NCBI RefSeq assembly: GCF_009914755.1
Contig: NC_060928.1
Reading direction: 5' to 3' (one strand)
Length of the DNA stretch: 64,000 nt
DNA from: the human T2T-CHM13v2.0 reference genome, Homo sapiens
The position numbers and the translations under genes were made by a program. The notes below the pieces were generated by a model. That model did no database searches and had not been told where the DNA came from. It was given only the letters and a program-made list of their open reading frames with translations. Of this stretch, positions 1 through 11,052 are shown one piece after another; the first letter of the stretch is position 1; each line of letters opens with the position of its first letter.

Positions 1-1339
1 TTTTCACTCTGTGTGTTCTTGTAGTTGACCCTGCATAAAATCCAGGCTGGTTATTTTTTGAAGAAACAACTTACAATCTATAAGAAAGGAATGTTCAACT
101 TCACCATAGGAATTCAGTCCAAATGCATTTATTGAGCGATATCAACCTGATATGAAAGCCGTATATTCTATTCTTGTTTTATCTTTTATTGTTCTTTATA
201 TTTTCTGGTCCTATTTACCTCTTTGTTTAATCTTTACATTTTTTCTAGTACTTTATTATTGTTCACAGTTTATTGTGTAAGCCTAGAATTGGTTTTCATG
301 CTTTAGCCATTACTTTTCCTTTATGAGATGTTATTGTACTTGGAAAAGATAATGTGTGAATCAGTGTTTGATGAGCCAAAATTATGGGAGAGATTTTTAA
401 ACTTTGACTTAGAGAAGAACCTTTTTTGAACTCTGTTACTAGGTGTGATTGGTGTGTCTTGTGACCTCCCATTGGACAGTGTACTTTTTATATGGTATTT
501 ATGTTTCTTTTTTCATTGCAGCATTACAGGGTGTCTGTTTTCTACAGTGCCTTCTTATTACTAAGCTTTGAACATTGTAGGCACCCATAAAGTCTGAGGA
601 CATTTAAGTACATTTGAGAGTAGGATTAGATGGAAGATGAGAAAATTTCCATCCAAAGCAGAATTTTCTAATCTGATTCTGTATCATAATGTGCTTTATT
701 TATTTCCCAGTGGGATATAAAGCATTCCTAGGTATACTAAAGTTTCCAAAAAAAAATCTGTAGTACAGACAGTTGTTTAATTTCATTTAACCTGCTGTTC
801 CTCACATTTATCTGACAAATACACTTTTGTATCTGGGCTCTGCAGTAGACAGAAATGCACCTCAAATTAATTGAAGCCCAAAAGGGGATTTAGTGGCTTA
901 TGAAACTGGGAAGAATTCTTGGTGAGTTCACAGAACAGACAAGCTGCAGGATGTCACTGACTGAGACTGGGGACTCAACAGTCTTTCTCTTCATCCATTT
1001 TCCTCTTTTGATTCTGCTGGTTTCATTTTGGGTGCTGACCTCACCCTTTCCTGGTGTGGACAGTCCTGTGCCCTTTCAACACGACGGGGAACAACCTCAG
1101 CTGAAAGGGAACATGTTGATTTCTACACTTCTAAATATTGATTTTTCCAAAAGGTTTCATCCCTGTGATTGGCCTCCATGCTGTAGACCAACCACTCTTG
1201 TCAGGGGAGGAGTTTACTAAGATTGGCTATATCTAGGTCTTTTGTCCACATATGTGGCCTGGATAGGATGTGTAGAACCCACTTCTTTAAGAAGAGAGTT
1301 AGGAAGGCTTGTTGGGAAGAGCAGAAATAATAACCATCA

Positions 1340-1815
1340 CTCATCATTCAACAAATATTTATTGAACGTTTTTCCTCAGCCCCTCAGGCACTTTTCTAGA
1401 CATTAGGGACCTAACACTGAACAAAATAAATGAATATTCCTTCTTCCAGGGAGCTTACATTGCAGTGTAATAAAAAGGCAACATTCTAATAAAAATGAAT
1501 AAAAATGATAAGGAAAACTATGTTTGACTACAATAAGTACAAGGCAGATAAAATAAAGCAGAAGAGTAAGAAGTATCTGTGGGGAGAAGGGAGTTAAAAT
1601 TTTAGTGTGTCCAGGGAAAGCCTCTCTGATGAGAAGGTCACTTAATTAAATATTGGAAGGAAGTGAAGGAGGGAGCCCTGCATATATCCCATTCAGAGGA
1701 CACAGCAGATGTGAAGGACCTGGGGCAAGTGTGCCTGGTGTGTCTGAAGGAGGACATAGAGAGTAGAATGTGGGCATGGAGAAGACCATGGAGGACATGG
1801 AGGGTAGAGTGTGGG
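1340..1815 (-). mobile_element. L2 3' fragment
   Basis: Contains 'cattcaacaaatatttattgaa...ggagcttacattgcagtg...cagggaaagcctctctga...gtgtgcctggtgtgtctgaagg'. Confidence 0.75.
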
Positions 1816-2271
1816 CAGTAGGTTCCAGATTTAACCTTTAAAATCCGAATTTTTGTGGGCATTTTATGGTCTTCTGGTCTGATTTCTAGTGCTACAGAGT
1901 CCATTCCTTCATAATATTTATTACAGCTGAATTATGTGCAGAGCTGCTGTTCAGGCACCACACATTTTTATTTTAGAATAGCTATTGGTTTCTCTTAGCT
2001 ATTGCCTTAAAATATATACTTCTAATTTTTTAGTGTGGGTATAGTGATTGTAGTACTGGTAAAATGATTTATGGAAGAATATAATCTACTGTGAGATAAT
2101 CTGCATGTGTTGTGAATCAGGTAGTTGCTGTGACAAATCCAGTCAGTAGGTTCCAGATTGAACCTTAAAATCCTCACTTCTTTTGGGCATTTTATGGTCT
2201 TTTGGTCTGATTTTAGTGCTACAGAGTCCATTCCTTCATAATATTTATTACAGCTGAATGATATGCAAAGC
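1816..2271 (+). repeat. Spaced direct repeat of ~128 bp (1816-1944 and 2144-2271)
   Basis: Both copies read cagtaggttccagatt...gggcattttatggtctt...tagtgctacagagtccattccttcataatatttattacagctgaat. Confidence 0.95.
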
Positions 2272-3399
2272 AAATGTTTGATACAGTGGAGAATGAACTG
2301 ATCTTACCTTGTGAAACTTGGGGAAAAGACACTTTGGCAAAAATGTGATTCAGAAATGAGCACTTATGAAGTTCCCAAGGAATTGGGCTGAGATAGTAGG
2401 AAGTCTTGTGCTGAGCTCTAAAGGCTGTTTATAAAAAGCAGACGTGAGGAAAAGGCAATTTTTGATAAGAAGTGTAGGAGTGTAAGTATATAAAACAGAA
2501 GAGGATTATGGTCAGGTCACCTGCCTAACTCGAGCAAGGAGTCTGCTAGAGAAAATGGGAAGTAAAATCAGATTATTAGAAAGCTTTGTGTTCTGTGTTA
2601 ATAACGGGAACTCTCTCTGGAGAGAGTTTGAGGAAGATTATTCTAGAAATGTTGTGTCACTTTGGGCCACTTGGCCATATTCCACACTCTGCTCTGTGTT
2701 ATAGGGGACAATTTATAATTGCAACTTCCTTAGGTAATAATAACAGTCTTGGCAACTTGATGTTTTTTTAGGCCCTTCCCATGGATATTCTTTTCATATC
2801 TGTAAGATGTAAATTTTTTTAAAAATATTAGTATTTCTTGAAGGATTAATGGGAGAAACTTTGGAAAATTCCCTACTGCTTAGAAGTGATTTTGTTTGTA
2901 GCATGTAAGATATATATACCTTCTCTTTGCTTTTTTTTCTTTTTCCTTTCTTGGTTTCCACTAAATTCTTAGCCCTAAGTTCCTTGCTTTTTTGTCTCAG
3001 CTTTCTTCTTATATGAAGTATCAAATTTAAAAAAATCTTTAAAAAGCCTACAGAGGGTGATGGAGCTTAGGGATTAGTTCTCATGCCACTTATTTTCCCT
3101 AATTAAGAACTCTGAAATGGAAGTTGAAAATGTTGGTATAACCTTTTTATTAATGGGGAAATGGGGTCATGCCTGCCACTTCCATCTCCACAACAATCCA
3201 TTGTATAAAATGTTAAGTTCACTGGTACTTTTGATTTGAGGGGAGAGACATTTATATTGGATAAGTATATATCAGAAGTCTGTGTCTTTTGAATGGTCTT
3301 CCGAAATTCTTATCTCCATTCTTCTATAATTGTTGAATTATTTTCCTTAAGCTGTACTGCAGAATAACACCTATAAGATAAGCTTTCAAAGTGACTGTG

Positions 3400-3792
3400 T
3401 TAAGCAGCCTTCATTCTCCAAGAAAACCACTTTGTGCCTTCTTTTCTCAAAACCTCACACAACTTCCTCCCCCTCACCATTAGCTTACTAGTATTTCACT
3501 GCAAAAATAAGTCCTCAGAAACCTGCATCATAATCCCGCCAAATCTCCCAATCACCCCCATTAGTCTCATCTAGTCTGCCTTCCCTAGTTAGTATTGATA
3601 AACTCTGTGTGTTCCCATCTAAAGCTAACTTTTCTGCCTGTGATTTGGATATTGTCTCTTTTCAGTAGTTTAAAGATACTTAAACTGCTTCTGCATTTAT
3701 CCCCTATCTCTCCTGCAGCATTAACCTGTCTCTACTAGATCATTCTCACATTCCAAAATTGCTGTAATATCTCCCATAAAAAAAAGAAATCT
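3400..3792 (+). mobile_element. L2 fragment (upstream part of a split element)
   Basis: Pyrimidine-rich L2 ORF-like sequence ending 'gctgtaatatctcccataaaaaaa'. Left boundary approximate. Confidence 0.7.
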
Positions 3793-4002
3793 GTAAATTT
3801 GTTTAAGTTTCTTGTAGATTCTGGATATTAGCCCTGTGTCAGATGGATAGATTGCAAAAATTTTCTCCCATTCTGTAGGTTGTCTGTTCACTCTGATGAT
3901 AGTTTCTTTTGCTGTGCAGAAGCTCTTTAGTTTAATTAGATCCCGTTTGTCAATTTTGGCTTTTGTTGCTATTGCTTTTGGTGTTTTAGTCATGAAGTCT
4001 TT
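3792..4002 (-). mobile_element. Internal L1PA ORF2 fragment (211 bp) with no tail of its own
   Basis: Translates [52 protein letters not shown]. About 94% identical by manual comparison to 5799-6009 in the opposite orientation. Confidence 0.93.
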
Positions 4003-4029
4003 AGCTGGGAGGCAGGAGGAACTTCTCTA

Positions 4030-4600
4030 AGACTCAGGAATTCTACTTTTAGTTATACATATTAAACAATCTCAAATATTGAGGTCATAAGGAAAATATT
4101 ATAAGGTGTTCATTCCAACACTGCAGAGATATTTATAACTGCCAAATAGTAGGATGTATAAGTTGTGGTATATTTATACAGTGAAGTAGTATGCAGCCCT
4201 TAAAATGAATATAGTAGAGCTACTTTCATCAGTGTGGATTTCTCTCAAAAGCATAATGTTGAATTAGAAAAGCAAGGTAAAGTATGATGCATTGAGTATG
4301 ATACTATTTATAAAGAGCTTGAATGCCTGAGAAACAATACTATATCATGTGTATGCCCATACACATGTATAATACATTTTACATGATAATTATAAACACT
4401 GGTTTTAGAACCCTAGGGAAAAAGTGAAGGAAATGGAGTTGGGATGTACTCAACTGTTGGTGTGGGATGTTTTTTCTTTAAAAATGAAGATTGAAACAAA
4501 CATGACGTAAGGGTAAGATCTGATAAAGTTGAGTGGTTGATACACAGGAATTTGTTATTACATACTCTATTTTACAGCTACTTTTGAAATTTTTCTCAGG
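4030..4600 (+). mobile_element. Old L1M (L1ME-like) 3' fragment
   Basis: Degenerate 'gtggtatatttatacagtgaagtagtatgcagcccttaaaatgaat...tctcaaaagcataatgttgaattagaaaagcaag', typical of L1M 3' ends. Boundaries approximate. Confidence 0.65.
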
Positions 4601-4702
4601 TAAAAAGTATAAAACTAACATAATACAACAATTTTTAAAATAAAATGATTGCTACCAAAAAACAACAAAAAAAACCCTTCAGACTGGTAGCTTTAAACAA
4701 CT

Positions 4703-4913
4703 TTAAAGCTTGAGCTCCTTCTAAATTTCCCAAAGTCTTTCAGCACTCTCTTTCAACTGGGCCTCCTCTTCAGAAGTCACCTTTATCTTTATAAGATCTG
4801 TAGTACTATTCTGTCCTAGGATACAAGGAATGCTAAGGAATGTTACTTCATTTATCCCATAAAAGCTCTCAATTATGATGGAAACTGGATGCACCCTCTT
4901 AAGATTATTCAAA
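4703..4913 (-). pseudogene. LDHAL6EP: LDHAL6B-type pseudogene, 3' part
   Basis: Translates [68 protein letters not shown]. Premature TAG at 4721-4723, natural TAA at 4703-4705. Continues exactly where the 5' part stops. Confidence 0.92.
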
Positions 4914-6860
4914 GAGGAAGTCAAATTGTCTCTGTTTGCAGATGACACAATTGTATATTTAGAAAACTCCATCATCTCAGGCCCAAATCTCCTCAAGCTG
5001 ATAAGCAAATTGAGCAAAGTCTCAGGATACAAAATCAATGTGCAAAAATCACAAGCATTCCTATACACCAATAATAGACAAATAGAGAGCCAAATCATGA
5101 GTGAAATTTCATTCACAATTGCTACAAAGAGAATAAAATACCCAGGAATACATCTTAAAAGGGATGTGAAGGACCTCTTCAAGGAGAACTACAAACCACT
5201 GCTCAACGAAATAAGAGGACACAAACAAATGGAAAAACATTCCATGCTCATGAATAGGAATAATCAATATTGTGAAAATTTGGCCATACTGCCCAAAGTA
5301 ATTTATAGATTCAATGCTATTCCCATCAAACTACCACTGAATTTCTTCACAGAATTGTAAAAAACTACTTTGAAGTTCACATGGAACCGCATATCCAAGA
5401 CAATCCTAAGCAAAAAGAACAAAGCTGGAGGCATCACACTACCTGACTTCAAACTATACTACAAGGCTACAGTAACCAAAACAGCATGGTACTGGTACCA
5501 AAACAGATATATAGAACAATGAAACAGAACAGAGGCCTCAGAAATAACATCACACATCTACAACCATCTGATCTTTGACAAACCAGACAAAAACAAGCAA
5601 TGGGGAAAGGATTTCCTATTTAATAAATGGTGTTGGGAAAACTGGGTAGCCATATGCAGAAAACTGAAACTGGATCCCTTCCTTACACCTTATACAAAAA
5701 TTAAATCAAGATGGATTAGAGACTTAAATGTAAGACCTAAAACCATAAAATCCATAAAAGAAAACCTAGGCATTACCATTCAGTACATAGGCATAGGCAA
5801 AGACTTCATGACTAAAACACCAAAAGCAATGGCAACAAAAGCCAAAATTGACAAATGGGATCTAATTAAACAGAAGAGCTTCTGCACAGCAAAATAAACT
5901 GTCATCAGAGTGAACAGGCAACCTACAGAATGAGAGAAAAGTTTTGCAATCTATCCATCTGACAAAGGACTAATATCCAGAATCTACAAAGAACTTAAAC
6001 AAATTTACAAGAAAAAAACAAACAACCCCATCAAAAAGTGGGCAAAGGATATGAGCAGACACTTTTCAAAAGAAGACATTTATGCGGCCAACAAACGTGA
6101 AAAAAAGCTCATCATCACTGGTCATTAAAGAAATGCAAATCAAAACCACAATGAGATTCCATCTCATGCCAGTTAGAATGGCGATCATTAAAAAGTCAGG
6201 AAACAACAGGTGCTGGAGAGGATGTGGAGAAATAAGAATGCTTTTACACTGTTGGTGAGAGCATAAATTAGTTCAACCATTGTGGAAGATAGTGTGGTGA
6301 TCCCTCAAGGATCTTGAACTAGAAATACCATTTGACCCAGCAATCCCATTATTGGGTATATACCCAAAAGATTATAAATCATTCTGCTATAAAGACACAT
6401 GCACACGTATGTTTATTGTGGCACTGTTCACAATAGCAAAGACTGGGAACCAATCCAAATGCCTATAAATGATAGACTGGATAAAGAAAATGTGGCATAT
6501 ATACACCATGGAATACTATGCAGCCATAAAAAAGGATGAGTTCATGTCCTTTGTAGGGACATGGATGAAGCTGGAAACCATCATTCTCAGCAAACTAACA
6601 GAAGAACAGAAAACCAAGCACTGCATGTTCTCACTCGTAAGTGGGAGTTGAACAATGAGAACACATGGACACAGGGAGGGGAACATCACACACTGGGGCC
6701 TGTCAGGGGGTCAGGGGTCATGGGAGGGATAATATTAGGAGAAATGCCTAATGTAGATGACAGGTTGATGGGTACAGCAAACCACCACAGCACGTGTATA
6801 CATATGTAACAAACCTGCACATTCTGCACATGTACCCCAGAACTTAAAGTATAAAAAATA
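4914..6860 (+). mobile_element. 5'-truncated L1 (L1PA7-like): ORF2 RT/C-terminus and 3' UTR
   Basis: Encodes [11 protein letters not shown]...GYKINVQKS...WIKKMWHIYTMEYYAAIKK. The 3' UTR ends ccccagaacttaaagtataaaaaa. The TSD pair is 4901-4913 and 7278-7290. Confidence 0.95.
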
Positions 6861-7277
6861 CTTTTGCACTAACCTAATAGTAAAACATGACTAGATTAAT
6901 CAGCTCATACAATGTGAATTATTGACCAGTATGAAACAGAGACCAAAGTCAGTGCTGGCTACTACTTAGGAGATGCAAAGATAATTCCTCTGATGGATTT
7001 CTAGATTCATTTAATTGCTTAATGACTTAGAGATAATTAATTCTCAACAAATATTCATTTGAAATAAATTCTGACAAGTTGTCCATAATCCTTCCAGAAT
7101 TCAGTAATAAATCAAATGCACCTTTTTTTTTTCTCCTTGTAACTTCCCATTGACAGTGTCATGTCATTAAAACCCAGGCTATGTGTGGCTGCTCTTTCCC
7201 ACTGCAGTGAAAGACATTTCAATGGGAAATGAGTTTGCCTATTAAAAAATGTTTACTGTTGTTTTCTATTAAAAAAA

Positions 7278-8222
7278 AAGATTCTTCAAAATACTTTCTG
7301 TTAAATCAGCTACAGATAGGCCAATGGTCCAATTAGTACAACCTTTCATTTTAACTATCTCATAGCCACAGGCAATCACTTCTTTGTGGACTTTTTCCCA
7401 CTGTTCAGGATCTTTATCAGTTCCTATATCTGAGTTCAGATCCGTCAGAGGGATGCCAGCAATATTGACTCCACTCCACACAGGAATACTTGAGTCCCTA
7501 TGCTGTCCAAGAATCCACCTATGACAGCTTTCAGAGTGGATATCAAGCCTTTGCCCAGTGAAGAAACGGAAATGGGGAGTGTCCAGATTACAGCCACTTC
7601 CAATAACACGGTTTTGGGGAAATACACTCAATTTCCAGAATACATAAGTTACAATATCCAGTAAATTAGAAACTACTATCAGTTTGTGGTGGGGATTGCA
7701 TCGGGTAATACTGGAAATAATTAATTTAAAAATGATCACATTTCACTGGACTATATCAAGGTGTGTTTCTCCTTTTGCTGGAACACCTGCTGTAATAATG
7801 ACTAAGTTGGACTTTGCAGTGACACTGTAGTCTTTGCTGAAAACAATGCTTGGCATTTTTATGGAAGGGCTGCCATGTTGAAGATCCGTTGTCTCACCCT
7901 TCAATTTGCCTTCGTCAACATCCACAAAGGCAAGTTTATCACCCAAACCTTTTAATAAGATGCTGAGAGCACAGGCCATGCCAACTGATCCAGTTCCTAT
8001 AATGGAGATCTTATTGGGATGAGCGGCCCCCTCCAAAGTGAAATTCTTGGCAAGTTCAAGCTTGACAGTCACCATCTTGGAAATGGGAGTGAAGGTCCAG
8101 CCGCCCCTGAGTGGGATGTGTGTGGCCTCATGGGGGCACTGAGCCAGCCCCCAACAAAGGAAATGAGCTCCTGCAGCACCTATTCTCTTGCTGGTGGGCA
8201 GAACTCCTGCAGCTCAGCTCAT
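7278..8222 (-). pseudogene. LDHAL6EP: LDHAL6B-type lactate dehydrogenase pseudogene, 5' part (intronless)
   Basis: One reading frame: a 49-codon extension MS*AAGV...FTPISK, then MVTVK...[12 protein letters not shown]...DLQHGS...IVQ*NV...IGSGCNLD...ESILKNL. In-frame TGA at 8214-8216 and 7743-7745. The family call is firm; the exact symbol is recalled from locus position and is less certain. Confidence 0.9.
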
Positions 8223-9326
8223 GGTCGTTAGCTCACGCAAGAGGCAAATGGATGAAAGCAGCGGCAGAAATCTCCTTGAGGTGTGGAAGAAACCCTGACG
8301 GTTTGAAGGCCTCCTCGCCCTTTGCTACTGTGGCTGCGCAAGGCCACTCCCAGCTCGTGCAGGGCTCACAGAGACCTGGCCCCTTAATATGTTATTTTTA
8401 GTTTTACAAATATGTGGTATTTTTTACACCATTAAGACGGTTCCGAAAAAATGGACTGTGATCATTAAGGCCAAAAGTAATTTTAGCTTTGCCTTTCAAA
8501 GTGCCATATTTTGTTGCTTAGAGAAGCGCTGCACCTTTGCAATTATTTTTGTCATGGTGCTCAAACACGCTGAAACTAAGTACGATAGATGCAAAGACAA
8601 AGAGATGAGAATTCCAATCTCCACTCCACACTTGGACTTTGAAGAAGTTTGACTATGTGAGCTTCTTTTAAAAAGTCAATATTACAATGTGATAATAAGA
8701 CTTGTCCTAACTACTTTACAAGGTTCCTGTGAGAAAGTCAGGGTGAAAAGTCTAGGGAGCTTTAAAAAGAGTATTGTAACTATTTGACAAACTATGTCAC
8801 TGAGTCAGTGACAAAACCAAGTCTTCTGATTTTTCCTTCTTCATGAAAATGATGCATTAAAAATTAAAGAAATAAAAGCTTAGAAGTCCTCAATTATCTG
8901 CTTTTTTGAAGATAAGATAGTCATGGATAAATGCAATCATTCGATAACTAGTAATGTTTAGATAATCTCAAATCCTTCTACCAGAACTTTAATAACATTT
9001 ATTCAAAATCAAATATCTGCCTCTTTCCCCAATCACCATCTCCTTTATAATTAAAAAGTGAGGACTATGAAAAACAAGAAGGCTTAACCCATGAATTAAA
9101 ATGATATTTCTCTAATATACTGAAATTTTGCCTTATGAATGGTTAAACTACATTTTCTTTAAGTTGGCAAGTCTTAATATGTGTTTACCTATTTATATTA
9201 TCCCAAATAAGAAATTTGATGGAATCTTTTCACTTCTCAACCAGTTGTTTAATATTTGGTATCAGGATGCATTCTATTTGTAAATATAATAGTTCTATCT
9301 CAGAAAAAAAAAAAAGAAAGAAATCT

Positions 9327-10620
9327 ATTTTATTCTCTCCTCCCCTAGCTTCCCCATTTCTCAGCTTTTTTTGATAGCAACATTTCTCAAAACAATTATC
9401 TTTACTCTCTGGTGTCCACTGTAACAGCTCTTGTCAAGATCCCCAGCCAGACACAGTGGCTCACGCCTGTAATCCCAGCACTTTGGGAGGCTGAGGCGGG
9501 TGGATCCCGAGGTCAGGAGTTCGAGACCAGCCTGGCCAATATGGTGAAACTCTCTCTCTACTAAAAGACGAAAAAATTACCCAGGCATGGTGATGTGCAC
9601 CTGTAGTCCCAGCTACTCAGGAGGCTGAGGCAGAAGAATCACTTGAACCCGGGAGGCAAAGGTTGCAGTGAGCCGAGATCGCGCCACTGCACCACTGCAC
9701 TTCAACCTGGGCAACAGAGCAAGACTCTGTCTCAAAAAAAAAAAAAAAAAGAAAAGAAAATCCCCAGCACCTCCATCTTGCCAAATTTATTCGTCCATTC
9801 TTAGCTCCCATCTTACCTGAACCTTCAGCAGCCTGTGATTTAACTGATTCACTCTCCTTATTGAGCTGTTTCTTCACCTGGCTACTGGTGAAGTCTTGGT
9901 TTTCCTCCCCTTTTTCAGTGTTCTCTGCCTATATCTTCTCCTATTCCTATACAAATTAGGGTGACCCAGGACTTAACTCTTACCCCTCTGCTCTATCTAC
10001 ACTCACAGCCAGGATTGTGCCATCCTTTCTTATGGTACCAAATACTGTTTACATGGTGATGTCTCTCAAATTTACGTCTTCCCTCTCCGTCTTTCTGCTT
10101 GGGCTTTTGGTAGGTAATTCCTGCCTAAAACTTCCAAAACTCCTTATTGTAGCCTATTGGGTCCTACAATCTGGTTCACCCCTTACCTATGCAACTTCTT
10201 TGCCTGCTGTTTTCTCTCCTTTGTTCCTTCAGCTTCCACCACATTTGGATTCTTTCTTATCTTGTAACTGCCAAGCAGCTTCTTCTCACAAAGTCTTTGC
10301 ATTTCCCATTCTTTTGGCCTAGAATGTTCTTTCCTCCAATTTTTGCATAGCTTGTATCTTTACTCCAGTGTCAAATGTATTTCTTCAGAGGCCTTCCCCT
10401 ATCACCCTGTCTAAGATAGTACCTTTTTTACTTGTTTTATTTTTTTTTCTTAGTACTTATCAGCACTTTATATTTTATTTTTCCTCTGTGGTAATATGAG
10501 TCTAAAGAGGGCATGTAATTAATCTATCCACCCCTGTTTCCCTAAGGCTTATAGTATTGCCTGGCTTATAGTAGATTTTCAACAACTTTTCGTTGAGTGA
10601 ATGAATATATAAATGAATGG
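9327..10620 (+). mobile_element. L2 (downstream part, to the 3' end), interrupted by an Alu
   Basis: Runs from 'ctagcttccccatttctc...gcaacatttctcaaaacaattatct...gctcttgtcaagatc' to the 3' terminus 'gcctggcttatagtag...gttgagtgaatgaat'. Confidence 0.8.
9445..9760 (+). mobile_element. Alu (AluS, Sg-like)
   Basis: Full dimer with A-tail. TSD aagatccccag (9436-9446) / aaaatccccag (9757-9767). Confidence 0.96.
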
Positions 10621-10894
10621 AGTTGTATGATACATTATTGTTTTATATGTAAACCATGTGATTAATCCCTCAATATTTTTGAATTCAAGGTACAGATAAA
10701 TGTTTACTATAATATAATGTTTAAACATAATGTAAAAGTGGCTAGCTAGAACATGTTGCATGTCAATTTGTAAAAAGGAATTTCCTGTGAGTGATACATG
10801 GGAAGGCCCTTTTTGTTCCCTTCTCTGGAACTAATAGTAATTCCACAGGAACCTTGTGGAACTAAATTGTGTTTCCTTGGTTCTTCTCATGCAG

Positions 10895-11052
10895 CTGAAG
10901 AATAAGTTCATGAAAAAATTGCCACGTGATGCAGAAGCTTCCAACGTGCTTGTTGGGGAGGTTGACTTTTTGGATACTCCTTTCATTGCCTTTGTTAGGC
11001 TACAGCAGGCTGTCATGCTGGGTGCCCTGACTGAAGTTCCTGTGCCCACAAG
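10895..11052 (+). CDS. SLC4A4: SLC4A4/NBCe1 internal coding exon (158 nt), cytosolic N-terminal domain
   Basis: Boundaries ttctcatgcag|CTG ... ACA AG|gtaagc. Encodes [52 protein letters not shown](R), recognisable SLC4 sequence. Phase matches the next exon. Confidence 0.97.

Noticed and set aside
4721-5182. 153-aa minus-strand ORF ending in LDH C-terminal sequence
   Set aside because: Chance fusion of antisense L1 sequence with the pseudogene 3' part across the insertion junction; not a gene.
4875-5360. 161-aa ORF with the RT motif SLFADD
   Set aside because: Decayed 5'-truncated L1 ORF2, with its ATG borrowed from antisense LDH sequence and a downstream frameshift.
7269-8075. Two LDH ORFs read as a functional or two-exon gene
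   Set aside because: They are the same frame separated by an in-frame TGA with no intron, and active-site arginines are lost.
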